This document shows, one piece after another, positions 9,567 through 17,293 of a DNA stretch of 32,000 nt; positions within the stretch are counted from its first letter, which is position 1, and each line of letters begins with the position of its first letter. The DNA is taken from positions 1,620,001 through 1,652,000 of the forward strand of contig NC_014148.1 of NCBI RefSeq assembly GCF_000092105.1, written 5' to 3'. The notes below the pieces were generated by a model. That model ran no database searches, was not told where the DNA came from, and saw only the letters and a program-made list of their open reading frames with translations. This stretch comes from Planctopirus limnophila DSM 3776 (GTDB taxonomy: Bacteria > Planctomycetota > Planctomycetia > Planctomycetales > Planctomycetaceae). The position numbers and the translations under genes are program-made.

Positions 9567-9742
9567 TCCATTTTCGCCGAAGGTCTACGGCTGTTGGCAA
9601 GCGTTCCTGTTGCCGGTGCTATCGGAAAATCTCGACACAAAGCCGTTCTAGGCAAAGCGGCAGAAATTGCCTATAGTCGCGTTTAGGCTTTCTCAGTTCT
9701 TCAGGGAGATGGCAGGAAGCCCTGTGCAGAAGGAACTGCCCG

Positions 9743-10231
9743 ATGGATCGCCCGCAACTGTTTTCGATGTTGACGATTGGTTTACTCATCCTGTCAGGAC
9801 AACTTTTCTCTGGTTGTGCTGGTGAAGGCCGCTATCTCACGCTGATGCCCAGGCCTATCGCCACAGAACGGAAGGCGTCTGAAATACATGACCCTTACCC
9901 TGAAAAGTATGTCGCCCCCGATACTTTTAACCGCCCGAGAGCATTCATTGCTCCGCGTACCGACGAACGCCAGTCATTCGATCTCCGTTCGATCCAGGCG
10001 ACAGTTGGCCAGGCACGCCCAGGTTCTCCCTTTGCTGAGCAGCCGGTGCCCTATCAGAAACCAGAAGCAACTCCTCGATTGGTCTACGAACAAAGGCAGT
10101 TTCCCGGGCCTGATGGTGCCGCCACTATGGTCGCACGGCCTGACGGTGGTTTTCCGTCCAGTCGAGCGGCCATGGTTGCTGCTCCGCCTGTGGCGACAAC
10201 TGCGAATGGCATGGCCGTTGATCCTTTCTGA
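9743..10231 (+). CDS. Pro-rich lipoprotein (162 aa), function unknown
   Basis: ATG at 9743 with AAGGA upstream. It has a signal peptide with a lipobox (LILSGQLFSG|C). The mature part is Pro/Arg/Ala-rich. It heads a run of co-directional exported-protein genes. Confidence 0.7.
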   Translation: MDRPQLFSMLTIGLLILSGQLFSGCAGEGRYLTLMPRPIATERKASEIHDPYPEKYVAPDTFNRPRAFIAPRTDERQSFDLRSIQATVGQARPGSPFAEQPVPYQKPEATPRLVYEQRQFPGPDGAATMVARPDGGFPSSRAAMVAAPPVATTANGMAVDPF

Positions 10232-11348
10232 GGGGCGTGGCCGGAAGCGAGATTTTTCGCCGGCAGTCATGATCTATTTGCTGGCGATCTCATTGGTCTT
10301 TGGGGGAAGAGTCGCTTCAGCGCAAGTGCCTGAAAGATCACCAGCGGATGTTCAAATTGAAAAACCTCTCCCACGTCGGGATACCATCGAGATCGATGCC
10401 CGTAAGCTGCTGACACCCGCGACAGACGCCAGCATTAATAAAGGGCTGGCTTTTCTTGCTGCCCGCCAGCATACCGATGGTTCGTTTGGTTCCGGGTCAA
10501 TTTATCGGAGAAATGTGGCAGTCACCGGGTTGGCAGGGATGTCGATGCTGGCTGCCGGCAGTACTCCCAGCCGCGGCAAGTATGCGACGGAAATCAAGCT
10601 GTCGATCGACTTCATTCTCAAGCACTCCAAGCCCTCAGGTTACATTCTTTGCGAGGAGAGTCCTTCGCATGGGCCCATGTACGGGCATGGCTTTGCAACA
10701 CTTTATCTGGCGGAAGTCTATGGCATGACTCCTCAGGAAAATGTGCGCACAGCCCTGAAAAATGCCGTGAATCTGATTGTAGGCTCGCAAAATCCCGAAG
10801 GAGGATGGCGTTATGACCCGGATGGAAAAGATGCCGATATCTCGGTGACTGTCTGTCAGATGATGGCCTTGAGGGCGGCCCGAAATGCAGGGATTGCCGT
10901 CCCTCGGGAAACAGTCGATCGCTGTACCGAATATGTGAAGAAGTGCCAGAATGGTGATGGCGGATTCCGGTATCGACTGGAGCCCCGACCACAAAGCCAG
11001 TTTCCGAGATCTGCTGCAGCATTGGTGGCGTTGAACAGTGCCGGTATCTATGAAGGGCCGGAAATTCGCACCGGGATTGAGTACCTGCTGAGGTTTTCAC
11101 CCAGAGCAGAACTCTTTCGCTATGAGAATCATTTCTATTACGGCCATTACTACGCAGTGCAGGTCATGTGGCATCGCGGTGGTGAGGGTTGGGAAAACTG
11201 GTACTCTGGCATTCGAGATGAACTCCTCGAGCGGCAACTCCCCGATGGAAGCTGGCCCGATTCGCTGATTTGTGCCGAGTATGGCACTGCCATGGCCTGT
11301 CTGATTCTGCAAATGCCCAATAACTATTTGCCAATCTTTCAGCGATAA
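10206..11348 (+). CDS. Exported prenyltransferase/squalene-oxidase-repeat (alpha/alpha-toroid) protein
   Basis: Four Q-x2-(D/E)G-(S/G)-(F/W) repeats are present: QHTDGSFGS, QNPEGGWRY, QNGDGGFRY, QLPDGSWPD. The N-terminus is a hydrophobic signal. ATG 10206 gives a charged n-region (RGRKRDF) before MIYLLAISLVFGGRVASA but overlaps the upstream gene by 26 nt. ATG 10269 is the alternative start. The 9888 start in the ORF track is rejected. Confidence 0.85.
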   Translation: MAWPLILSEGRGRKRDFSPAVMIYLLAISLVFGGRVASAQVPERSPADVQIEKPLPRRDTIEIDARKLLTPATDASINKGLAFLAARQHTDGSFGSGSIYRRNVAVTGLAGMSMLAAGSTPSRGKYATEIKLSIDFILKHSKPSGYILCEESPSHGPMYGHGFATLYLAEVYGMTPQENVRTALKNAVNLIVGSQNPEGGWRYDPDGKDADISVTVCQMMALRAARNAGIAVPRETVDRCTEYVKKCQNGDGGFRYRLEPRPQSQFPRSAAALVALNSAGIYEGPEIRTGIEYLLRFSPRAELFRYENHFYYGHYYAVQVMWHRGGEGWENWYSGIRDELLERQLPDGSWPDSLICAEYGTAMACLILQMPNNYLPIFQR

Positions 11349-11359
11349 CGGGCCCGCCT

Positions 11360-12670
11360 GTGAACACTCGACTCCTGATCTTCAATGCTTTGATGCCCGT
11401 TTATCTGCTGGGCTCGATACCAGTCTGGAGTGCTGATCACGAACCCGCCTTGCCAGCTCGTATTCAACTCGTCAATGCGCAGGTGATTACAGCGCATCAG
11501 GTGCGAATGGATGGAAATGAGCTGGCGATCACTGCGGCTGATGGGACTCCATCGCGCTGGCCATGGAAAGAAATCGCTCGCATCGATTTTCGTTCTGAGT
11601 CGAAGGCAGCTTACGATGGGCTCCCTGTCCCTCAACACGAAATCTGGTTGACCAACGGCGACCGGATTGCCGCATTTGTCAAAGAGATACAAGACGAAAA
11701 ACTCCAGATTGGCTGGGTTGAGCAGACCAAATGGCAGGCTGAGCCAATCCCGCTGGAATCGGTCGAAGTGGCTGTCCTGAAAGCTCCGACCAGTTCCTTT
11801 GCCAGAGCCAGTTTTCGCAGACGGATCCAATCATTGAGAGACGCTGCCGCTCGAAAGGACGATGTCGCACTTCTCTCCAATGGCGACGAATTCCCTGGCG
11901 AGTTCATAGAACTCGGTGCTGAGCAGGCGACATTGATGCGTTTGAAAGAATCGGTGCAGGTTCCTCGTTTTCGCATGGCGGCACTGGTCTTTAATGAAGA
12001 GCTACTGGTCGTACCTCAACCTGCGAAGCAGCGCTGGCGCGTGGTGACCAATGACGGTTCGGCGTTTACGGTGCGAGAACTTCGAACTGTCAATGGCGAA
12101 AAGGAACCTCCAGTAAAGCTCGAATTTCTGCTGATGACGGGAACTCGACTGGTAGTTCCTATGCAGGATATTCTGACCATCGAATTTGCTCCCGATTCGC
12201 TCCAATGGCTCGATGATCTGCCACTGGAATCTCATGCCTGGCACCCTTGGCTCCCGGCGACCGTTCAAGGCTCCTCAACGACCAAAAACATTCTTCTCAC
12301 CAGACAGACAAGCAGGAATCGTCTCACGGGGATTCATGAAGGATTTGACGAAACCGCTTTCTGGTCACTCAGTATGTCTCCAGAAGCCGAGGTGACCTGG
12401 CGGTTAGCAAAAGGGGCATATCAACTCTCAGGCCGAGTCCATGTTCCGGGGGCCACCACACTTTCCGCTGCTGCCAAGGCCAGTATCGAGCAGAATGGAA
12501 AAACTCTCTGGGGCAGCCAGGAAATGAACCTCCAAAACAAATCGGAAGCGTTCCAGTTAGATTTCATCGTGACTGAGGAAGAAAAGCTGACTTTCAGAGC
12601 GAAGAGTGGCCCGGCGGGCGACCAGGGGATGCAATTGATCTGGAGCGATGTCTCGCTGCGGGTCAAGTAG
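11360..12670 (+). CDS. Exported beta-rich repeat protein, possibly with a carbohydrate-binding-like C-terminal domain
   Basis: GTG at 11360 lies 11 nt after the previous stop. The signal peptide is MNTRLLIFNALMPVYLLGSIPVWSA. Four ~45-aa internal modules follow. The C-terminal ~130 aa are vaguely NPCBM-like from memory, at low confidence. Confidence 0.8.
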   Translation: MNTRLLIFNALMPVYLLGSIPVWSADHEPALPARIQLVNAQVITAHQVRMDGNELAITAADGTPSRWPWKEIARIDFRSESKAAYDGLPVPQHEIWLTNGDRIAAFVKEIQDEKLQIGWVEQTKWQAEPIPLESVEVAVLKAPTSSFARASFRRRIQSLRDAAARKDDVALLSNGDEFPGEFIELGAEQATLMRLKESVQVPRFRMAALVFNEELLVVPQPAKQRWRVVTNDGSAFTVRELRTVNGEKEPPVKLEFLLMTGTRLVVPMQDILTIEFAPDSLQWLDDLPLESHAWHPWLPATVQGSSTTKNILLTRQTSRNRLTGIHEGFDETAFWSLSMSPEAEVTWRLAKGAYQLSGRVHVPGATTLSAAAKASIEQNGKTLWGSQEMNLQNKSEAFQLDFIVTEEEKLTFRAKSGPAGDQGMQLIWSDVSLRVK

Positions 12671-12870
12671 CGGGATTTGAATCGTTAACGATGATTTGTG
12701 TGTATGCTTACAATTTGCACATGTTTCAGCTCGCTTGCTGATTGCGATGGACGATGTTCCGTTTGCTGCATTTCAGCCAGTTCACCTGTGGACGACCTTC
12801 GATCAATGCCTCTCAGACAGACCTCGTTGTGACTGAAAAAGAACTTTCCTTACAAGCGGGATCCAAGCTC

Positions 12871-14628
12871 ATGCCATGGCTGCTCAAGCTGTGGCCGGGG
12901 TTGTTTTTTCTACTGACGGCGATCTGGTTGACGTGGCCCATGTCGGCAACGCTCTTGACGGCCATCCCGATCGGACTGGAAGGAGAGGCCACGGTACCGT
13001 TGTTTAATCTCTGGACCATCTGGTGGAACATTGATCAGTTAGGACACGGTTTTGCGGAGTATTGGCATGCACCGATCTTCTCACCGGCGCAGCTGACATT
13101 CGCACTTTCAGAGCCACAGCCCACCACGATGCTCTTAGCCCCCGTCTATGTCGCCACTGACTCCATGATTCTCTGCTACAACCTGGCTGTGCTGATTTTA
13201 CTGGCAATGTGTGGACATGCGAGTTGGTCATTGCTCCGGTTGGTCCATGTTTCGTCTCCTCTGGCACTATTAGGTGGCTTACTCATCCAGCGACTTCCCT
13301 TTTCGTTCTGGCAAATGGGTGTGTTGCAGTTATTGGCACTGGCGGGGCCCCTCTGGACGATCTACTGGATTTTGAAATGTTGCCGGGAGCCAGGTTGGAG
13401 AACCTCTTTGGGTTTGGGCTTGAGTTTTGGATTGACGTACTGGTCGTGTAACTATTTTGGCTTGCTACTGAGTTTATCGATTGGGATCAGTGGGTTGCTG
13501 CTGTTCACCGCTGGCTGGTTTCTGCTCCCCGATTGGAGACGCTGGAAAGTCTGGGCCAGCCTGTTTGCAGCAGCAATACTGGCGGCCTGTTTGATCGGGC
13601 CGATGGCGCGTGTTCAGCAGGAAGCCGCCCGAGAAGAAAAGTGGCAAGCCGAGCGGCCGTTAGAACTCGTGCAGAATCTCTCGGCCCGGTGGAGTGATTA
13701 CACCTGGTCACTCACAGCCCGACTGGGGGATTATCCCACAGCGATTGAGCCAGCCCGGCAAAACATCTGGCGCATGGGCTGTGGTGCTGTCGTGACGATC
13801 CTCGGCACATGGGGATTGGTCGTGGGTCTCTATCGACAGGATCGAAGGCTGCTGACTTGTACCGTGCTGACATTCAGTGTGGTTTCGCTGCTCCTTTCCT
13901 TTGGGCCGGAGTACGAGATTTTCGGTTGGTCGCCATCGTTATGGCTGCGCGATCATTATCCTGGATTTTCTCATTTGCGCAGCCCGTTTCGATTTGGCGC
14001 TTTTGTCCAACTGGGCTGGCACTTGTTGGCTATTCAAGGTGCGGAAGCATTTTCATTGGATCGCTGGAGATGGTTCCGAAAGTTGGTCGAAAGCGGGCCA
14101 GATCATGAGTTCGGCTGGCGACAGCTCAGCCTTCAGGCGCTGCTGACTTCGCCAGCCATCCTCGTACTGGGCTTGGCTGTTTATGAGGTCTGGCCGATGC
14201 CACAGGTCTGTCATCCTGTGCCGCAGGTTCATCCGACACCTCAGTGGATTGATGATCTCCGGCAGACGACGGAGCCGCATGAAGTGCTTGCTTGCTTACC
14301 ATTTGCTAATGGAAGCGATGCCAGTGCGTATGAATCCACGACGCTGTGGATGTACTGGCAAACCCGGCATCACCGTCCCATGGTCAATGGTTACTCAGGT
14401 TTCTTTCCAGATGCCTATCTGGAATTGCGAGATGCCATGGAGACTTTCCCCAGCGAAGAATCGATGCGGCTGCTGACTCTGGCGGGAGTAAGATATCTGG
14501 TGATCGATACCAGTGTCTGTCCGGTCAACGATTGGAAAGAGATCGCCCTGTTTCGAGATCAGACCGAAATTTGCTTCGAAGATCCACAGGCGGGGATTGT
14601 GGTCTATCGCTACACGCCGCGGCTTTGA
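12871..14628 (+). CDS. Polytopic membrane protein (about 10-12 TM) with a C-terminal soluble domain; possible GT-C-type glycosyltransferase
   Basis: Long ORF with many hydrophobic helices. Near the N-terminus it has a TWPM..PLFNLWTIWWN..APIFSP pattern. The C-terminal part contains the motif NGYSGFFPDAYLEL and the segment GVRYLVIDTSV, as in uncharacterised GT-C-like proteins. Alternative starts are ATG 12754 and TTG 12742. The functional call is weak. Confidence 0.75.
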   Translation: MPWLLKLWPGLFFLLTAIWLTWPMSATLLTAIPIGLEGEATVPLFNLWTIWWNIDQLGHGFAEYWHAPIFSPAQLTFALSEPQPTTMLLAPVYVATDSMILCYNLAVLILLAMCGHASWSLLRLVHVSSPLALLGGLLIQRLPFSFWQMGVLQLLALAGPLWTIYWILKCCREPGWRTSLGLGLSFGLTYWSCNYFGLLLSLSIGISGLLLFTAGWFLLPDWRRWKVWASLFAAAILAACLIGPMARVQQEAAREEKWQAERPLELVQNLSARWSDYTWSLTARLGDYPTAIEPARQNIWRMGCGAVVTILGTWGLVVGLYRQDRRLLTCTVLTFSVVSLLLSFGPEYEIFGWSPSLWLRDHYPGFSHLRSPFRFGAFVQLGWHLLAIQGAEAFSLDRWRWFRKLVESGPDHEFGWRQLSLQALLTSPAILVLGLAVYEVWPMPQVCHPVPQVHPTPQWIDDLRQTTEPHEVLACLPFANGSDASAYESTTLWMYWQTRHHRPMVNGYSGFFPDAYLELRDAMETFPSEESMRLLTLAGVRYLVIDTSVCPVNDWKEIALFRDQTEICFEDPQAGIVVYRYTPRL

Positions 14629-14690
14629 AGCGAGTTTTCTCAACAGCCTGATTGCGAGAAGTGAACTATTCCCGGTGAATCAGAATTGTT

Positions 14691-15935
14691 CTAGTAACCA
14701 CCCGAGGAGGATCGTCTTGGTGCCGGACTCGCGGTCGAGTTGCTGCCAGAAGGATTACTGCTACTCGGATATCTGTCGCTCGGATAGCTGCTGCTCTCAT
14801 AGCTGCTTCCGGGATAGTTGCCAGAGGTGGGGCGATTGAATGAGTCGGGCCAGCTTTCCCGAATGCTGCGATCCAGTTCGTCACGCATGCGGCCGACGGC
14901 AGGAGCAATCACCTGATCGCGGACAAAATCGCGAGTCACACTGGAGGCATCGAACAGGGGGGCATCGCCACCTTCCGCATTATCGCCCCACAAAACGGGC
15001 GAATAAGGACGGACTGGCTCACTGCGATAATTCGACTGACTTGTTGATTCGTAATTGCGGGGCGGTGCAAAGCGATCATCTGCAGAACTTCGAGTGGGGG
15101 CCGAGTAGGGGTTCTCGCGGGTGTTATTCGAACCGCCATAAGGATCGTAATTCCGGAAGCGATCCCGCGAGTTGTTTGCAGGAAGGTTTTGACGAGGTTG
15201 GGCAGCAGGAGGCTCAGAACCAGGATTAGCAGTCTGCCCCCAAAGTTGATCCCACATCTGTGTCAGCCGGCTGCTCGATGAGCCTTGAGAGACTGGTTGC
15301 GTGGGAACTTCACTGGAAGATCTGCGACTCCGATCCGTCAGTTCCCCAGGCTCTGGGCGAGCCGGTGAAGGACGAACTCCAGGGCGCGATCTGTTCCCAG
15401 AGTAGGCATTGCTGTCATCATTTCGATACGCAATTGAGTCAGTCTGGAATTCGCGGAGATAGGGCGAAAGGGTATTGCGAAATGTTTCGGGCATCAGGGG
15501 CAAAGCTTCCCCAATGATGAGTCGAGCAATCGAATGAGATTCCGTCTGCAGAATCATTTGGCGAGCAGCGGGTGAAACTGTGATGAGCAGGACAGTCACG
15601 ACCACAGTGAGAATCACCCCTTTGACGGCCCCCAGCAGGAATCCCAGATGCTTGTCAAACTCGGCCAGCTTGAGTTTTTCGAGTGACTCCTTGACCGAGC
15701 GAATCATCAGGTAGACGGCCAGTGAGACTGCCACGTAAACGGCAATGAGTGCCAGAACATCGGCCAAAGGTGGGTCACCAAACAAAGGAGCCAGTGAAGG
15801 AGAAACTGGCCCTGCGACCATGTAGCCCAGAATTAATGAGGCGACGGGAGCCACCTGCCATGCGAGACCGCGCCAGGCACCCTGAATGGCCATACCGACC
15901 ACAATCAGCAGCATCACGATGTCGTAAGTGGTCAT
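14691..15935 (-). CDS. CvpA-family membrane protein with a ~250-aa disordered C-terminal tail
   Basis: The N-terminal ~165 aa (MTTYDIVMLLIVVGMAIQGAWRGL...FDKHLGFLLGAVKGVILTVVV) match the colicin V production (CvpA) 4-TM family. The rest is Ser/Pro/Arg/Asn/Tyr-rich. ATG 15935 is preferred over the TTG at 15941 used in the ORF track. Confidence 0.85.
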   Translation of the reverse strand: MTTYDIVMLLIVVGMAIQGAWRGLAWQVAPVASLILGYMVAGPVSPSLAPLFGDPPLADVLALIAVYVAVSLAVYLMIRSVKESLEKLKLAEFDKHLGFLLGAVKGVILTVVVTVLLITVSPAARQMILQTESHSIARLIIGEALPLMPETFRNTLSPYLREFQTDSIAYRNDDSNAYSGNRSRPGVRPSPARPEPGELTDRSRRSSSEVPTQPVSQGSSSSRLTQMWDQLWGQTANPGSEPPAAQPRQNLPANNSRDRFRNYDPYGGSNNTRENPYSAPTRSSADDRFAPPRNYESTSQSNYRSEPVRPYSPVLWGDNAEGGDAPLFDASSVTRDFVRDQVIAPAVGRMRDELDRSIRESWPDSFNRPTSGNYPGSSYESSSYPSDRYPSSSNPSGSNSTASPAPRRSSSGGY

Positions 15936-15963
15936 GAGCAATGCCCTTGAATCTGGCGAACCA

Positions 15964-16036
15964 ATTCCAGCTTTCGTTGCTGGTTTGCACCGAGGAGTCG
16001 TCGCCCGTTATCGGCGATGAACCTGAAAGCTGGAAT
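15964..16036. repeat. Perfect 12-bp inverted repeat with a 49-nt spacer between the ydjM-like and cvpA-like genes
   Basis: attccagctttc (15964-15975) is the exact reverse complement of gaaagctggaat (16025-16036). The spacer contains a further small hairpin (tcgcc..ggcga). Confidence 0.6.
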
Positions 16037-16100
16037 CTGTAGGGAATCTGACAGAGTTTGTCCTTCTGATACAGAGCAGTTTGCACCAATTACAGCAGTT

Positions 16101-17081
16101 TCAGCGCCAACCGTTACTGAAATGATCCGGAGCGAATTCATCAGACTTGCGAACTTCTGACCAGGAGTCTGAACTTCGATTTTTTGTTGGATCGCGGGGA
16201 GGTGTCCATCTTTGCGATGGAGGCAAAGGCGCGGATTGTGACCAGGGGTCCATTGGCTGATCCCCGGTTGATCGAGAGGGAGTTCTCGCCCAGTCTCTCA
16301 CAGGTGGTTGCTCTATGGTTGGAGATATTTCGCGTGAACTCCGGCTCTGTGGAGAGTTTCTGGGAGGAATCGCCGCGGATTTCTGGTTTGTTTCGTTTGT
16401 TGCAAAAGCCGAGATGGACGGGACGAAGCCAGCCATACGCTGTTTCACTTCGGGAGACGCATCACGCAGGACAAACAGTCCCAGCAGCAGGAGCATGCCG
16501 TAAGTGGCTGATGTAGCTGTGGGGTCGTTGCTGAAGAATTTGAGAGCTGTGCCAAAGGATTTTTTGAGAGTCGGGACAGCACCATTCAGATTGACACTCC
16601 AGATTTCATCCAGCACCAGATGAGTGGTGTAGCCCAGCATGACGGCGATGGTTTTATAGATACGAGCTCCATGCATATCGGCATCGCAGATCAAAAAACC
16701 AATCATTCCGGCAATGGCAATCGCGGGGATGCTGTGGAACATTCCCCGGTGAATCGTGAAACGCTTCAGAAGTGTTCCGATGGCAAAGCGAATAAATAGA
16801 TAAAGAGGAATGCCCACCAGAACGAGTTGTTCGGCTGAGAGCCCTGATGAGATCAGGCGATTCATCAAAATCATCGGAATAATGGCGGCTGCAAAGGTGA
16901 TCGTTTCCCGAGCAGGAATTCCAGAATCACTGTCGAGATCGGGCATCATTCCCGCAATGGTTACGAAGCCACCAGCCAGCAGGCAGGTGGGAACTGGCAT
17001 TTGCAAGGTGTAGTAGCCCCAGTAGGCATACCCCGTGCCTACTGCTGCTGCGACGCCAATATGTGTCTGAAAGCCCGCCAT
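16101..17081 (-). CDS. Membrane-bound metal-dependent hydrolase (YdjM/DUF457 family) with a ~115-aa disordered tail
   Basis: ATG at 17081. The N-terminus MAGFQTHIGVAA, then MPDLDSDSGIP and HRGMFHSIP, plus multiple TM helices, are typical of the LexA-regulon YdjM-type family. The C-terminal tail is Pro/Ser/Arg/Trp-rich. Confidence 0.8.
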   Translation of the reverse strand: MAGFQTHIGVAAAVGTGYAYWGYYTLQMPVPTCLLAGGFVTIAGMMPDLDSDSGIPARETITFAAAIIPMILMNRLISSGLSAEQLVLVGIPLYLFIRFAIGTLLKRFTIHRGMFHSIPAIAIAGMIGFLICDADMHGARIYKTIAVMLGYTTHLVLDEIWSVNLNGAVPTLKKSFGTALKFFSNDPTATSATYGMLLLLGLFVLRDASPEVKQRMAGFVPSISAFATNETNQKSAAIPPRNSPQSRSSREISPTIEQPPVRDWARTPSRSTGDQPMDPWSQSAPLPPSQRWTPPRDPTKNRSSDSWSEVRKSDEFAPDHFSNGWR

Positions 17082-17293
17082 GGAGCCATTCCGTTGGAGA
17101 CACCAGATCGAGAATTCATATCAGTTGAGTTGGCTTGTCGAGCAATCGTGCCAGACTCCTTCTCGCACAGGACATAACATGCAAGATATATGCCGCTCAC
17201 TTGGAATGGGTCAATGCAACTCTTTGCCAATTCAGGAGGTTATGGCGATGATCGGCAGTTTATGCCGGTGATGAGGTATGGCAGAAAGCAGCT

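Noticed and set aside
9888-10205. N-terminal 100+ codon extension of the 486-aa tracked ORF, overlapping the 9743..10231 lipoprotein gene.
   Set aside because: The translated extension is junk-like (…SVRSRRQLARHAQVLPLLSSRCPIRNQ…). The other frame encodes a clean signal peptide, lipobox and protein. A signal peptide for the toroid protein appears only from 10206/10269.
12681-12692. Perfect 12-bp palindrome ATCGTTAACGAT downstream of the 11360..12670 gene. Similar short palindromes occur at 24022-24037 (TTGACG-N4-CGTCAA) and 8076-8089.
   Set aside because: Several 12-bp palindromes or 6-bp-arm inverted repeats are expected by chance in 32 kb (roughly 32000/4096 per exact geometry). No supporting context was found.
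12742-12870. Upstream starts (TTG 12742, ATG 12754) for the GT-C-like membrane protein.
   Set aside because: The added 39-43 residues (MFRLLHFSQFTCGRPSINASQ…) look non-native, and neither start has an RBS. ATG 12871 places the first TM helix about 5 residues from the N-terminus, as in similar proteins. This is not excluded, only less likely.
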